From contig CBFDEM010000054.1 of assembly GCA_965603825.1 (NCBI GenBank), positions 434,001-498,000 on the forward strand: a DNA stretch of 64,000 bases. The letters are read 5' to 3'. The notes under the pieces were generated by a model. It did no database searches, was not told the origin of the DNA, and worked only from the letters and a program-made list of their open reading frames with translations. This DNA is from Blepharisma stoltei ATCC 30299 (lineage: Eukaryota > Protista > Ciliophora). Shown piece after piece: positions 1 through 13,536 of this stretch. The translations under genes were made by a program, and so were the position numbers. Within the stretch, counting starts at the first letter, position 1. Every line of letters starts with the position of its first letter.

Positions 1-227
1 GAGTTGACAAGGAAAGAATTTTTGGCAGCTTTATGAGAAGAGCAGATGCATTTTCATCAGCCTTTTTGAGAGATAGAATTAACAATGTCTCAGATCCAGT
101 TTATAAGATCTCATTGATAACAGCTCAAAGGTTAAAAGAAAACAAAAGCCTCCCTAAGTTTCCTGTAGAGTTAGTATATGATTGGAAACAAGCAGACGAT
201 TATAGCAATCAAGAAATATTAACATAA
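1..227 (+). CDS. 3' end of a hypothetical protein (partial, runs off window start)
   Basis: Frame of ORF 33..227 is open back to position 3, ends TAA, followed by AT-rich intergenic DNA. Confidence 0.55.
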   Translation, partial: VDKERIFGSFMRRADAFSSAFLRDRINNVSDPVYKISLITAQRLKENKSLPKFPVELVYDWKQADDYSNQEILT

Positions 228-454
228 TGCCTTCATATCTTTTCTCTGATCTTTGATAGAAAAATAATTTCTGTTCTCTATAAATAGTTAAAAATAGTCA
301 GAGGAGTTTTTTTAATAAATGGATTGTTTAATCATCTTTGGGAGAAATAAATTAATGACGTTTTATTTTTGTCTGAGAGTAAAGAGAATTAAAAGACTTA
401 TATCTGAGACGTTAATTATTAAAGGATTTTTAAATGAGATATAAATAGTAAGGA

Positions 455-1000
455 ATGCAGGAATATAAGATAATTAATGGAGTCAGAGGAAGAAATTTTA
501 AGAGGTGCCAGCTTGAGCCAATAAAAACTAGACCAAGCTATAATTCCTACTTATCAGCACAAAACTCATCAAAGTTTTTTATGTATGACAGTCAAAGTTC
601 TGATGAAATGGAAGGAAATGAAACAATAGCCCATGGAATCAAGGTTGTCATTAGAACTCCTACAGAGTTTTCTGTTAATTCTAGTTATAACGACTTGAGT
701 TTGAAAAATCCTGCAAATTACTCAGTAAAGCATACTAGTAAAAGTCTTGAGAGATTTACAAATAATTTCAGCAGGATAAAAAAGGGAAAAATAATTTCGG
801 TATATAGTCAAAAAAATCTAACAAAAGAAAATAAGATAAAATTGCCTCCAATCCACATAGAACATAATTTCCTCAAACACTCCAAAAGAGCAAAGAAAAA
901 AACTTTAAAAGCTAGTGTTGTGAATATGCAAGAGTTATTTTCAGCTGCCTCAATGCAAAATCATAAAAGTAGGGGACATAATAACGAGATTTTTATGTAA
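455..1000 (+). CDS. hypothetical S/K/N-rich protein (181 aa)
   Basis: ATG..TAA ORF flanked by very AT-rich DNA; no recognisable domain. Confidence 0.6.
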   Translation: MQEYKIINGVRGRNFKRCQLEPIKTRPSYNSYLSAQNSSKFFMYDSQSSDEMEGNETIAHGIKVVIRTPTEFSVNSSYNDLSLKNPANYSVKHTSKSLERFTNNFSRIKKGKIISVYSQKNLTKENKIKLPPIHIEHNFLKHSKRAKKKTLKASVVNMQELFSAASMQNHKSRGHNNEIFM

Positions 1001-1375
1001 TATTTTATAATTTTCTTTTACTTATGTGATATAAAAAATAAAAATTTTATAATATTTCCTATAAGGATATTTTCTTAAAACTCATTTCAGAATTAAATTA
1101 TGCAGCAAATTTCTTCTAATGCTAGTTTAACCTTTACATTTAATAATTTTATTTTTTTATTGAAAATACCGCGATTGCTTATATTGAAATCTGTACCATT
1201 ATAATTCTTTTAAAAATGTTTTTTAGTCCGTTTTTTTATTTAAATACTTGAGATAACAATATTCTTACTACTCAAGGTTTGAGCACCTTTCTGTTTCAAA
1301 TTGTTTATTTTATTATAAAATAACTGACTGAAAAATGAGTGTGAAACGTAATCTTATTAAATTATTAAATCCACC

Positions 1376-3856
1376 ATGCAGAACAACTTCCCAGCCCCTT
1401 TAGGTGAAATGGTAAACTTTAGAATCGACACCTCCAAACTTCAATCGAATTTAGATTATTTGCATAATTCAATTGCAAGCACGAAAAAAGATATTGACAA
1501 TGCGAACACTCATTTTCAATCAGATTTAGCTGGTATTCACTCAGAAATTGATGAATTGAAAAAGCTTGAACCGAAAGTTGCTAGTTTTAGCGATCATATT
1601 AATGAATCTGAAAATTTAAAGAGAAAAATTGATGCCTGAGATGACAGATTTAAGAGCTTAGACGAAAAGATCTTTAATGTCCAGTACGAGGCCAATGCAA
1701 ATTTAAAAGAATTATCAAATACGATAGAAATTACTATAAATAGTACCAAGAATGATTTGGAAAATACAATAAACGATATCAGGCAAGATTTTGAAGAATG
1801 TTTTTCAAAGCAGTTAGGATTAATAGAAAAAACAAATTCTGAAAAATTCGAAAGGCTAGAAAATATTCTCAACTATGAGCTTAAGAGGAGATGCACTCTA
1901 AAGAAAGTAAAAAAACTTATAAAAACAGAATTACTTAAAAATCCACAAACAGTGCAAAGTTCTATTATGAACAATAAAGAAAATGAAGAAGATGGGAAAA
2001 AAGAAGAAAAAGATGAAGACAGCATGGATGACTATAACTTGAATGAGATATTTCTTAGACTTAATAATCTAGAAAAAAGGATGAGCACTGAACGACAGCA
2101 AGTAGCAGTTTTTTCTCAAAAGGCTGAAGAAATTCTCCAAACAGACTCAGTGCCTGACAAATCTGAGCTTTTGAACGAATTTCAATTGAAATTCATCAGA
2201 ATTGTAGGCGAAATAAATCAATTAAAAGAGATTTTAAACACGATTCCAAATAAGCCGGCAGAACCAACTCCTGAATTAACAGTATCAACCGAAGGCTTTA
2301 ATTCATTTGAAATTCTTGATAAAAAAATTTTATCAATGGAAAATTCCTACTCCAGAACGATCGAAAACCTCAAAAACCAAATTGAATCTATGAAATACAC
2401 TTCAGGTGCAGATAAACGAAAGCAAAGCATTTCAGTTAAAAGCATCCATGACTTAAATAATCTAGAGCAAAATATATCTGCCCATATAGAATCAACAACT
2501 GAGCAAGTATATAAAGAAATTAATTTTATAAAGTCAGAAATTTCGACAATACAGAATAATTTGACCTTAAAAGTATTTAGAGCAGAACTAGAAGAAATTA
2601 TTGAAAAATTAAATAAGCAGAAATCTAGATCAGCGCAAAAGGTAGAAACACCGAAAAATAATGAAAATGTAGGTTTTGATTTTAAATCTCTGGAAACTAG
2701 AGTGAACTCTATGTGAATTAGCCTTGAAAAAGTCCATAAAATGGAAGAAGCTTTTCAAAAAGTAATTAATGAAAATATTGATGTAAAAATCCATAAATTT
2801 GATGAGAAATTAGACAGCCAGTATAGGGAATTAACAGAAAAAATGCAGGAACTACAGAGATTTTGTGTGGCTGAAACTGGAGATAAAGGAGACAGGATTG
2901 ATATTTTTATAGAAAAAGTACAGATGATCGAAGAAGAAATAAGAATGGTAAAAGCTCATAGAAGGCCAACAGTACAGCTACAACCAATTGAAAGTCAAAA
3001 TATAGCAAATGCAAAACAAGAAGAGGAAGAAGAAGAATCGGATAGGTCTTTAGATAGCAGCTTCCAATACAAAACTCTTACAAGCCAGCTAAAAGTCCAA
3101 GATGCATACATAAAGCAAGCTAATTCCAACATACAAAAGCTTACATTAGATGTAAAACGAATCCAAGAAATTATTGATAAAAATCAAGAAGATGGCCTAA
3201 ACGCTTACTTAAACCAGCTAGAAGAGCTAAAAGCTAATCTTTCAGAGGTAATGACAAAAGTCCAAGAAGGTTCCAGGCTAAACCAAAGAGATTTTTCAAT
3301 GCTTACTGATCTATACCACATAGTTGAAGGCAAAGGCAACAAAGATGAAATTCTGGAAAAAGTTGATAGAAGAGAGCTGAAACAAGCCTACTGGAATTTG
3401 TCAAAAAAAGTAAATTTTATATAGATTGACAGTGTTCAAGGAGAGCTTAAAACTATTGAGGAATCAAAACGGAGGGTCGTAGCCAAAATAGATAAACCAA
3501 CGCTGTTTAAACAGAAAGATAATAATGAATGTTTAGCTTGTGGACAAAATATTCCAGCACCTTCTTATAGTGCCAGAGAATGGACAAACTCAGGCAGTTT
3601 CCCTGCACTAACTCACTCAAGAGTATTTTTTAATTAGTTTGGGCCTGGATTTTCAAAGATTTTGCCTATGGTTCATGCTTCAAGTGAAGCGTTTATCAAT
3701 CTTCACCTGAAGTCAAAATCTGAACTGCCTTTTCCAGTAATAAAACCAATTGAAAAAAGTATCGATAACAGCTTTAAAGCATTATCAAGCACCCGCTCTA
3801 ACAAGACCTCCTCCAGAACTGCTAGAGTATCTACCACTATCGGCAAAGATAGATAA
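1376..3856 (+). CDS. coiled-coil protein with C-terminal CLACG motif (possibly DUF4795/QRICH2-like)
   Basis: ORFs 1376, 1757, 2741 and 3662 join via TGA=Trp (1637, 2714) and two 15-nt introns (3410-3424, 3623-3637); ends TAA 3856. Confidence 0.8.
3410..3424 (+). other. 15-nt spliceosomal intron gtaaattttatatag
   Basis: GT..AG, A at position 10, carries in-frame TAG; removal restores ORF. Confidence 0.9.
3623..3637 (+). other. 15-nt spliceosomal intron gtattttttaattag
   Basis: GT..AG, A10, in-frame TAG; spliced product reads SR|FGPGFSK. Confidence 0.9.
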
Positions 3857-3879
3857 TTTTATAAATATTAATTATAAAT

Positions 3880-6800
3880 TTAATATAAAAGTGGAAGTCT
3901 GTAAGGGGTTCTTGCTGAAAGTCCTCCTGAGTTACGGGCATCCTCTTCTTCTTGTTTTTCGATTTTTTGAGTGGAATACAATTTTTGCTCTTTTGGAATG
4001 TTTAATTGATATTTAGGCATTAAAGAAACTTTAGTTTGAGGCTGAGGAGTGGTGGACATCAGGACAGATTTGGAAAAAGGCGAATTAGTGGTTTTTTTGA
4101 GGGACCTTAATGAGGGAGTTACTGTTCTTTTACTTTTGAACTGTAATTCAGGCTGCACTTTGGGTGTTATTAATTTAGGCCTACTTATTGATACATATTT
4201 AATATTTTTTGCCAAATTGTATCATATTTCTTTATAATCCTCGCAATTTTGAAAATTTTTCCCTAAGTTTTTAGCTTGATATTTTAATACTGATTGCATT
4301 AGCCGACGTCATTTTCCTATTGGTTGCTGCTCTTTAGTCAAGTAGTAATGAATGATAAAAGCGAGTTTATAAATATTGTGCTGCTTAAGGAGTAGTATAA
4401 CTTCATATGCACGCTCAGCATATTGATCTGTCGCTATGAAGTTGCATAAATAATTAGTAATTGCATCTTTTCTCCTTTCACTGACACGCCTATTTATAAT
4501 TTTTTCTCATATATTATCACATTCATCTTCTTCAGGCATTGCGTTTAATTTCTGAATCTGTTTATCAAATTCAAGACCATATTTTTCGGCAGCATAAAAT
4601 ACTCTCTTTGTATATTCCTTTGCCATAGGAGAAGAGTTTTGAGCTAAAACGCTTTGTCTTGCAGTGTAATATTTGGTTAAACTTTGTATATAAAATAATT
4701 TTCCGAATGCCGATTTTTGTTCAAATTTTAAACTACTATCTTCAGCGTCTTTAGTAGCTTGCTCTTTTTGAGAGGCTTTATAGTTCCTTAAAATATCTAA
4801 ATCGATTTCTGTTTGAGTAGACTGGTTTTCTTTTTTTGCAAAATATTTGGCTATTGCAGCAAGGATTAAATCTTTTACTTTCATATCATCTTTTATTTCC
4901 AGTCTTAAAAAGTCTTTAAATCCTGACGCTTCGGAAATTTTTTTATTTTCCAATAGATCAGAAGATATGATATTGATTATTTTACCTTCAAACGACTGTG
5001 GATGATACTTATACTTGATTTTTAAATTTTTGTTTATATTAACATTTTGTATCACAATTTCTCCTTTATCATTTTTTACCACTTGAGTTACAATTCTTCT
5101 TCTTTGCTTATCATTTCCTATGCTTTCTTTTTCATTGGCGATCTCAATGCTATCACTGTAGTTTTCTTCAGAATCACTTTTAATTTCATCATTATCGCTC
5201 AGTTCAGTCCCTAAATATCGGATTTCTTCTTCAGTCTCATATTTATTTTCCTCATTATTTGATAAGCTTTCATAAAAATTTTCTTGAGTTTGCTCTTTAT
5301 TTTGCTGGTCTAAAAACCGTTCTGTATGCATTGTAGAAGGACTTTCGTTCGTATAAGAAATGTCTCGCTTTAAAAGCTCTTGAGATTTTTTGGTCTCTTC
5401 CGTGGAGACTTTGGCAGATGTATTGAGTTTTGGAACATTAGAAGGCTTTTTATGATGATTTGCTTTGGATCTACCTGTAGACTTGTCCCTTGTAGCATCA
5501 TCTTCGATTTTTTTTGAAATTGCTTCATATGTTTCTCTTCCTTTTGGAGTACTTAAATTTGTATTTAAGGCTTCATGTTTTGGCAAAAATTCTTTAATTC
5601 TTGAAATTTTCTCATTTTTGTCACTTTTTTCACCTCCGTTGCCCAATTCAGGGATTACCTGTGCTAGGTTTTCGATATCTTGTATTTCAGCAATTCGTTC
5701 ATTTTGAGGTGTTTTTACTCTTCTCCTTAAAGATTTTTTCCTATTTTTCTTAGGTGACTTGCTTTTTTGGAGCATGAGGTAATGCTCTTGCTCTATTAAT
5801 TCCTGCAAGTTTGCTATTTTTTCGTATCTTTGTCTTTCCCCATCAGTTATGATATTATCTACCCTCAGCTCATTCAAGATTTTGCTTACCCTCATGCGGG
5901 TTGCTTCTTCATTTGTGGCAAGAGAAAGAATTCCTAAAGCTTCTCTGACATCATATAGCCTTTTTATTAAAAACTCTTGTAATGGACTTTCAAGGACTTC
6001 GCCCTCTAAAAATAGCTTTTCCAGCACATCATATCTTTCTTCAGCAATGCACATTCTGCATTTTTCTTTATGATCACTTATTAATCTAGATTTATCTATA
6101 AGCAAAAGAAAGCAAGTTGTCAGCATTTTCATTTTCGCAAAATGAGATGAATTTTGTTGTTCTAAATTCCTCAAAGTTTGAAAAGCAGTTCTAAGTTTCC
6201 CATCCAAACCTTTAATAATTTTTTCAGCCTGTGTTAGCTTTTTTTCCAAAATTCTCTTAACCGACAAGATTTCTTTATATTTTGTTCCCATCGACTCTAA
6301 ATCAATTCCTTCTTCTGTAATAATCCTAGCAATTTCAGATTCTTCTTTTGCATAATTTTCATTTTGTATTGAATATTCATCTTCCAAAGTCATAGCCACT
6401 CTGTCAATATCCACTCTATATTTTTCTCAATTTTCTTCAATAGTTTTTTCAAGTTTATCTATTTTTACACCAGCTTTTTCTTTAATCCAGTTAAATTTGT
6501 ACATGTATTTTGCATCAACTCTGTTGAATTTATATTCATATTTTTTCACTTCTTCTCTCAGCAACTTTTCAAGTTCCATGTGCCGAGATCAAGCTTCGTT
6601 GCTGATTTCCTGAAACTCACCCATAGTTATCGGTTGAATTTTGGTGATTTCAGTTAATAAAGATACAATACGGTCGTTATGGAATGATCCTTTTTTGTTA
6701 TTCTCGTTAAGATTTTTCTCAGCTTCAGCTTCGTCTTTATTAGACTCTTTTGCTATCATAGTTTTCAATGAGGCGACTTGCTGCTGGATTAGTCTATAGT

Positions 6801-7098
6801 TGTTTAGGAAGAGGCTGCCTGATCTTTCTATGAAAATTTGTTGCTCTAATTCGGCCTCATCAATTTTTTTGTTTTTTGTTTGGGTTTTTCTTTTTTGAAA
6901 CTTTGCGATTTCTCCACTCATATAGGGATAAAGCTTAACAAATGCACTCAAAATGATTTTCTGGGCTTTTTTTTCTTTGAGGATTCGTTTCGCAATTTCT
7001 CTTGGGATGCTGCTTTTGAAATCTTGGTTCAATTTTCCTTCGTTTAGGATAGAAGCAACAAAATATTCTGTTACTCCAATTTTTAGATCATCACTCAT
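3880..7098 (-). CDS. large coiled-coil hypothetical protein (~1072 aa)
   Basis: ORFs 6589-7098, 4507-6414 and 3880-4215 are in one frame, interrupted only by TGA codons. Confidence 0.8.
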
Positions 7099-7118
7099 AA
7101 CAATATTTTTATTTAATT

Positions 7119-7475
7119 TTAGAGCTCATTAATTATATCGTAATAATCTAAGCCAATTCTCATAAAATGCTTTTGAACTGTGCCTTGTCTAACACCTTGC
7201 AGTAGCTCTGAATATCCTCCTATGTGCACTCCTCCTATAAAAATATTAGGCACTGTTTCTTGATTTGTAATCTCTTTTAACGCTTGCCAATATTCATTGC
7301 CTTTAGGATGATTATTCAGTTCAAGTATATGTGGGGTTACTCTCATCTTTTCTAATAAGGATTTGGCTCTTTTACAATAAGGACAATATGTAGTACTAAA
7401 CATAACGCATTTATGACTGTGAATTATCTCTTCTACTTCAGACCTATACGGTGAAGGCGACTGTGAACCTCCCAT
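7119..7475 (-). CDS. dithiol glutaredoxin (CPYC)
   Basis: CPYC active site, TVPNIFIGG..GG motif; N-terminal MGG (possible myristoylation). Confidence 0.95.
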   Translation of the reverse strand: MGGSQSPSPYRSEVEEIIHSHKCVMFSTTYCPYCKRAKSLLEKMRVTPHILELNNHPKGNEYWQALKEITNQETVPNIFIGGVHIGGYSELLQGVRQGTVQKHFMRIGLDYYDIINEL

Positions 7476-7496
7476 ATTATTATTAAAATATGTAAA

Positions 7497-10400
7497 TTAG
7501 TCTATTTCAGAGGAATAAGCAGGGGCTGTATGTCTCGTAAGGTACTCGCCTTGGCTATTTTCTGACTGTGACAAGTTAAAGCTTTCTTCAGAATTTTCTG
7601 ATGAAGAACTGTAGTTGGGGTTCATGCGAACGGGGAGAGGAGGAGTTTGTTTCGAGCTTTGACTAGACTGATAGCTTGAATGGTAGCTTGAGCTCATGCT
7701 AGAATATTTGTTTCCTGACGATGAAGAGTTGGAGTAGCTTTGGTGCCCGCTGTATCCTTGTTCAGAGTTTACTCGTTTCTGGGTAATTTGATTTGCTTTT
7801 GATAAATAATCATTATACCCTTTTTCGCCTTCTGCTACAGGTTGGACATAGTCTACAGAGTCACTGAGACGTTTTTCAGTGTCGTGAAGAACTTTTTCGA
7901 ATATATTTTTCTCTCGAAGTTCTTTTTCTTTAAACAAAATTTGCTGCTCAAGCTGCTTTTCAGCTCTTCTTTCTATTTCGAGCTTAAGTATTTCTTCTTG
8001 CAGCTTCTTTTCTTCCATTAGTGATTTCTGTTCTTGTTCTTTTCTAATCGTGATTAATTTTTCTTCAGCCTCTCTTTGCGAGTTTTCGTTTTCTATCTCA
8101 AGCATAGCTTTTTGTTGCTTTAACCTTTCATTTAGCTGGTTTTCCCTTTCTTGCATTATAATTTCAAATCTTTCTTTAGCTCTTCTTAGCTCATTTTCTT
8201 GCTCACATTGCTGCAACTCATTAAGGTTTGCTTCTTCTTTTTTCTTCAAAATCTTGAGGTGTCTTTGGTAATCTTCATTGAATTCTTCATTTCTGTGTAG
8301 CTCATCTTCTGCTAAATGCCTGAGTTTTCTTTCTTTTTCTAAGTCTAGGATTTTTATTTCCCTTTCAAGCTCTTCAACTCTTCTGTTTATGGCATTTTTA
8401 GATAAGAGTTTTTGGTTGTCTTCAAGTTCTTTTTCTTCCTTTTGCAAGTTTTCTCTTGCTGCTTGTGAAATTTTTCTCTCCTGCTCTTCTAAGGCCCATT
8501 TTGCTTGAAGAAGGCGATCTTTTAAGTCAACTTCTCTGTCATAAAACAGGTCAGGGATTTTTGCTTTTTTAGCTGACTCTTCAGCTTCTCTTGCTTTAAG
8601 AAGTCCAAGAAGCCTTTGGGTTGCTCGATATTCAAGGGCATTTAGTGCTTCTTCTTCCATTAAGTACTGTTGATAGTAATCTTGCCGGTTTTTATTAAAT
8701 TCAATATCGCCATGCAGCTTTTCTAATAGTGCTGCACGTCTGCTTTTCTGTCGATCCACATAATTTTTGCCTTCTTCTTCAATCCTTTCTATTTGGTGAA
8801 GTCTTTTTTCTCTAGCCTCTCTGTCGTTTTGCTTCATTACTTCTAATCTCTCTTTTTCTTCAATTTTGAGCTGCTGGAATTTCTCTCTTTCTGCGTTTAT
8901 TGCAGCGTGCGTTCTTTGCTGAAATTCATCTTCTTGTTCTTCAATATTATTTAATCTTTTTTGTAGGCCTTCTTTGTATTCTTTTTCTTTATTTTTTAAT
9001 TCTTCTTCGATTTTAATTTGTTCAGCAATGTCATCAATTGATTCAACTACATATTTAGGATATCCTGTAAATAGAGGATACTGAATTGGAGTTAATGGCA
9101 GTTTTACGTTGAATGCAACAACTGATGTTTTAGTTCCAGCATTTTCATATAAATTGAACACATTTTTCATGAATTTTTTAACTTTTAATGGCCGCTTTGT
9201 GTTGAAGAAGTTAATGACGTCTTTTTTCTTTTGTAAAGCAAAAATTCTTTTTTTGTAGTAGAGGATATACATTGCAATCATATAAAGAGTAAGCTCAGGC
9301 TTGTCCCAGTCTGTAAATAAAAAGTCAACAATTTTAACCCAATCTCCATGCGGGACTACGTCAAAAAGCCATGATTTTAATAGTGGCCAAGTAATCACTG
9401 ATAAATTTCCTAATTTTTCTAATAGAAAATCATACATTTGTTGACTATTTGCCATTAATATATTGTCAATGCTTTGCAAACAAACTACAGGTGCATTAGG
9501 AAAGAATTCAAACCAATGCTGCAGCCAATGCACAATCACTGAAGCTACAACTTCGAAGCAGCTTAAATCATCCCCTGGATAAACTTTTCCAAATGGATGC
9601 ACAAGCTTAGGCAAATAATCAATTTCTCCAAAAAAAGGGCTTCAATAAGCCAATGCTGAGCAAACTTTTTCTGTTTTGTCATAATCATTGTGACTCATAT
9701 TTTTCATGTCTTTAAAAATATAGGCGAAATTAGGATGGGTTCCTCTATCAGTTAAGCCTTTAAATGCTTCTCGATTTCCAGGAGTTTGCAATAAAAACCT
9801 TCAAATTAAGCTTCTATGCTCTTCTGGGTATTCCCCATAATAATGCAAAATTCTTCTTAATTGGCAATGCTGAATTTTGCAGTCATGAGGGTCTAGTTTA
9901 GCTTGCTTAAATAAATTAATAAATAGCTCATGCTGACATTGGAGAGTATCAGAAACAGAGCTTGAACCTGTAGGAGTTGATAAAATTGACATATTTGTAC
10001 CTATTTTTGTAAATAATACGTCTTCTTTCGGATTTAATGGAGGATTAGAATCAAGATTTGGGTGAATAAATGTTTCATTAAAAGTTGACTTCGGAAGGTG
10101 CGTATATACTAAATTTTCTTCAAGTCCCATGGATAGCCGTTTATTAGCTATAGATGTGCATTTATTAAGAAGAGTGCTAAAATCATACGCATTTACTGTT
10201 CCATTCGATAATATCAAAAACAATTTATCATGTATGATTTGGAAATCTACTATAAAAAGTGTTCCAATCTGAAATTCAAATTCAATTTTGCACTCAACTG
10301 GGTCGATAAAATACAGTCTCCCATTATCCGCACTCAAAACTACATGTCGCTTATAGCACTGCATCTTACTAAAATCTTTTACCCCGGGAATAGGCCCAAA

Positions 10401-11111
10401 AGAATACTCAAGTTTCTGTGGAGAATCAAGTCTCCACACTTTTATCGACAAATCTTTCCCAACTCCATATAAAATCCCTTGATTAAAATCGAAAATGTCA
10501 ATGCTGCTCATTGCAAACTGCTTTTCCAGATCATTTGTAGACAAGCTTCACTGAAAGATTGTGCCTTCTCTGAAGCATGTAATTATTGACTGCCCATCTG
10601 GGCTGAATTTCACCATTGAGTAGCTATTTGATCTTGCATACATAGTTCTAATTTTTCTTCAATTATTCATATCCCAGATCACTACAGCATCTGAGGAATA
10701 GCTTAAAATGCTTTTTCTTATATGGTTGATGTCAAAGCCTTTTATTTCGAATTTATGATCGAAAAATGATCCAAATTTTTTACCGTTCATAGAATAAATT
10801 TCGAGTCCTTTTGGCTTTAAAGCTAATAGCAAGTAGTCATTTTCAGGAGTGATAAGGAGCTTGGAAACTTGAGGAGATTTGCGCACTGGCTGGAGATATC
10901 GGTTTTGGGAAAGGAGGAATTGAGTTGCATTACCTCGTGTGTCTGAAGTATAGAGGGTTTCTGAGGAAGTGGCATAAAAAGAGGTTGCTGAAGCAGGAGT
11001 TGAAGAAGAAGGAGAAAAATCAATTGAAAGAAAAAGACCCTCTGGGGATAGGTCAGGCTTCTTTGGCCAAATTCTTCCTGAAGGCGCTGAAATTGTCAAT
11101 GTATTTGCCAT
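7497..11111 (-). CDS. TBC1D31: TBC1D31/WDR67-like protein (WD40 + TBC + coiled coil)
   Basis: With TGA=Trp: YGEYPEEHRSLIWRFLL, SALAYWSPFF..YLPKLVHPF and WLQHWFEFFPN match TBC1D31; N-terminal WD repeats; long C-terminal coiled coil. Confidence 0.85.
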
Positions 11112-11405
11112 ATTTTGAGTTTAAAATTATATGAATTCGCATATAATTAATTAAGATCAATTTCTATGAAAATTCATCACTGCTTTGCATTTCTCCCTAA
11201 ATTTTATAAATATTTCTTTTTCTTTGCATTCCATTTAGATTATTAAAAATGTAGAGATGAGACGATCCCTTTTAATCATTGTATAAATATATAGTTTTAT
11301 TTCCCATCTATAAACTTTTTCACTAGAGTTCTTTCATAATTATTATTCTTTCAAAATAACTGTCCTTAGCCTAGGATCTGATGCTATCACTACGATGCTA
11401 TAAAT

Positions 11406-13433
11406 ATGGAAAAGCTTATTCCCATTATCAACAGATTGCAAGATACCCTATTATCTGCAAATATTCCAAATTCAATCAGTTTGCCTCAAATTGTCGTAGT
11501 CGGATCTCAATCATCTGGCAAAAGCAGCGTTTTAGAAAGCATTGTAGGAAGAGATTTTTTGCCCCGAGGTTCAGGGATTGTAACTCGATGCCCTTTGCAG
11601 CTGAAACTTGTACGGATAAATGAAGATGAAGAGTATGGAGTTTTCTCTCATGTGGGCGACTGCAAGTTTACTGATTTCAGTCTGATTCGTGACGAAATTA
11701 TTAATAGAACCCAAGAATTAACAGGAAATGGGAAAGGAATCACAACAAAACCAATTGATCTGACTATCTATTCACCAAAAGTGCTTGATATTAGTTTAGT
11801 GGATTTGCCTGGAATTGTGAAAATTTCTGTTTCAGGGCAAAGTGAAGTGATTGCAAAACAAATCAGAGAAATGATTATTGAGTATATTCAAAATCCAAAT
11901 GCTATTATATTAGCTGTTTCTCCTGCTAATAATGATCTAGCTAACTCGGATGCTCTGCATATTGCACAGATGGTAGATCCTAGAGGAGAAAGAACTTTAG
12001 GGGTACTAACAAAAATCGATATTATGGATAGAGGTACAGACGCTCTGAGCATGCTGAATGGATCTGTTTTTCCTCTAAGATTAGGATACGTAGGGATTAT
12101 TTGTAGAAGCCAAGAAGACATAAATAATGGGATGCCGATGGACATTCATTCGCAATTAGAAGATAGATTTTTCAAGGAAAGTCCTATCTATGGAAGAATT
12201 TCAGACAGACTTGGAGTACGCTATTTAAGAACAAGGCTAAATAAACTGCTTATGGACCATATAAATAACACGATTCCAGAGGTTAAAAAAAATATCATGG
12301 ATTTGCTGCAAGCAGTAGAATCAGAACTAGAATCCTATGGACAGATTATCAATGAAAAGGAAGAGAAATCTGCATTTTTGCTAACCATTATTCAAAAAGT
12401 TGTAAAAAGCTACCAAGATAATATTGCTGGGAAAAACCTAAAAAATGTAACAGAAGAACTGCTCGGAGGTGCAAGGATTAATTATATTTTTCACTCAATT
12501 TTTAAAAATATGATTAGCAGCATCAATCCTCTCGATGAAGTGTCAGATCAAGATATTAGAACAGCTATTATGAACTCCAGCGGACTACGAGGGTCATTAT
12601 TTGTCCCGGAAACTGCTTTCGAAGTCTTAATTAAGCAGCAAATCCCTAGACTTAAAGATCCCAGTCTAAGATGCATGAGCCTTGTATATGAAGAGCTCAA
12701 ACAGATTATATATAAGCTCGACATCCCAGAGCTCGAAAGATTCTCCAATTTAAAAGAAAAGGTTAGCGAAGTCATCAACAATTTATTGTCAAGATGTCTT
12801 GAGCCTACTGGACACATGATTTCTGACATAGTAGAAGTAGAAATGGGCTACATCAATTCCAAGCATCCACAATTTATAGGCGGGACAAATGCCATACTTG
12901 AGCTCCAGAACGTCATAAAATCTCCTTCACAAGATATGCTTATTGATAAAAAACCTGTCACACCTGTGCCTGCAAGAAGAGATGAAACACCTCCACCTTC
13001 ATCATCATTTTGACCTTTTTCGAGAAGCCAAACCAGACCACAAAGAGAGCTCAAATTTGAAGACTTAGAAAATGAACGTCAAGACAATTCTGGTCCTCCA
13101 ATGAGAATAAGAGCAAATATGAATCCAACACAAGAAGAATCCCAGCAAACCGAGCTGATTAAAATTTTGATAAAATCCTATTACAATATTGTGAAAACAA
13201 ATGTCTCTGATTTGGTTCCAAAAACAATTATGGGATTTTTGGTAAACAAATCAAGAGAAGAACTTCAAAGAGAGCTTGTTAAAGAACTCTACAAAGATAA
13301 TCTATACGATGTGCTATTAGAAGAAGGTGGAAATATCGGTCCCAGAAGAGAGAAGTGCATCAAGATTGGGAAAGGGCTTAGAAAAGCTATAGATATCTTG
13401 AATGAAGTTCGAGAATACAGAATTTCAGATTAA
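11406..13433 (+). CDS. dynamin-related GTPase (Drp1/Vps1 type)
   Basis: LPQIVVVGSQSSGKSS, GSGIVTRCP, DLPG, TKID motifs; middle domain; GED in 13101-13433 joined through TGA 13011. Confidence 0.95.
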
Positions 13434-13536
13434 CCCAACTGGCATATATAGATATAGTAATAAAACGCTATTTATCAGCCATCATTCATCATAATAATTA
13501 TAAATTGTGAAAATAATATAAGCTTGCTTAAATTAT

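Noticed and set aside
1335-1375. Upstream ATG with intron-like gtaatcttattaa before the gene at 1376
   Set aside because: No AG acceptor and no frame-restoring length
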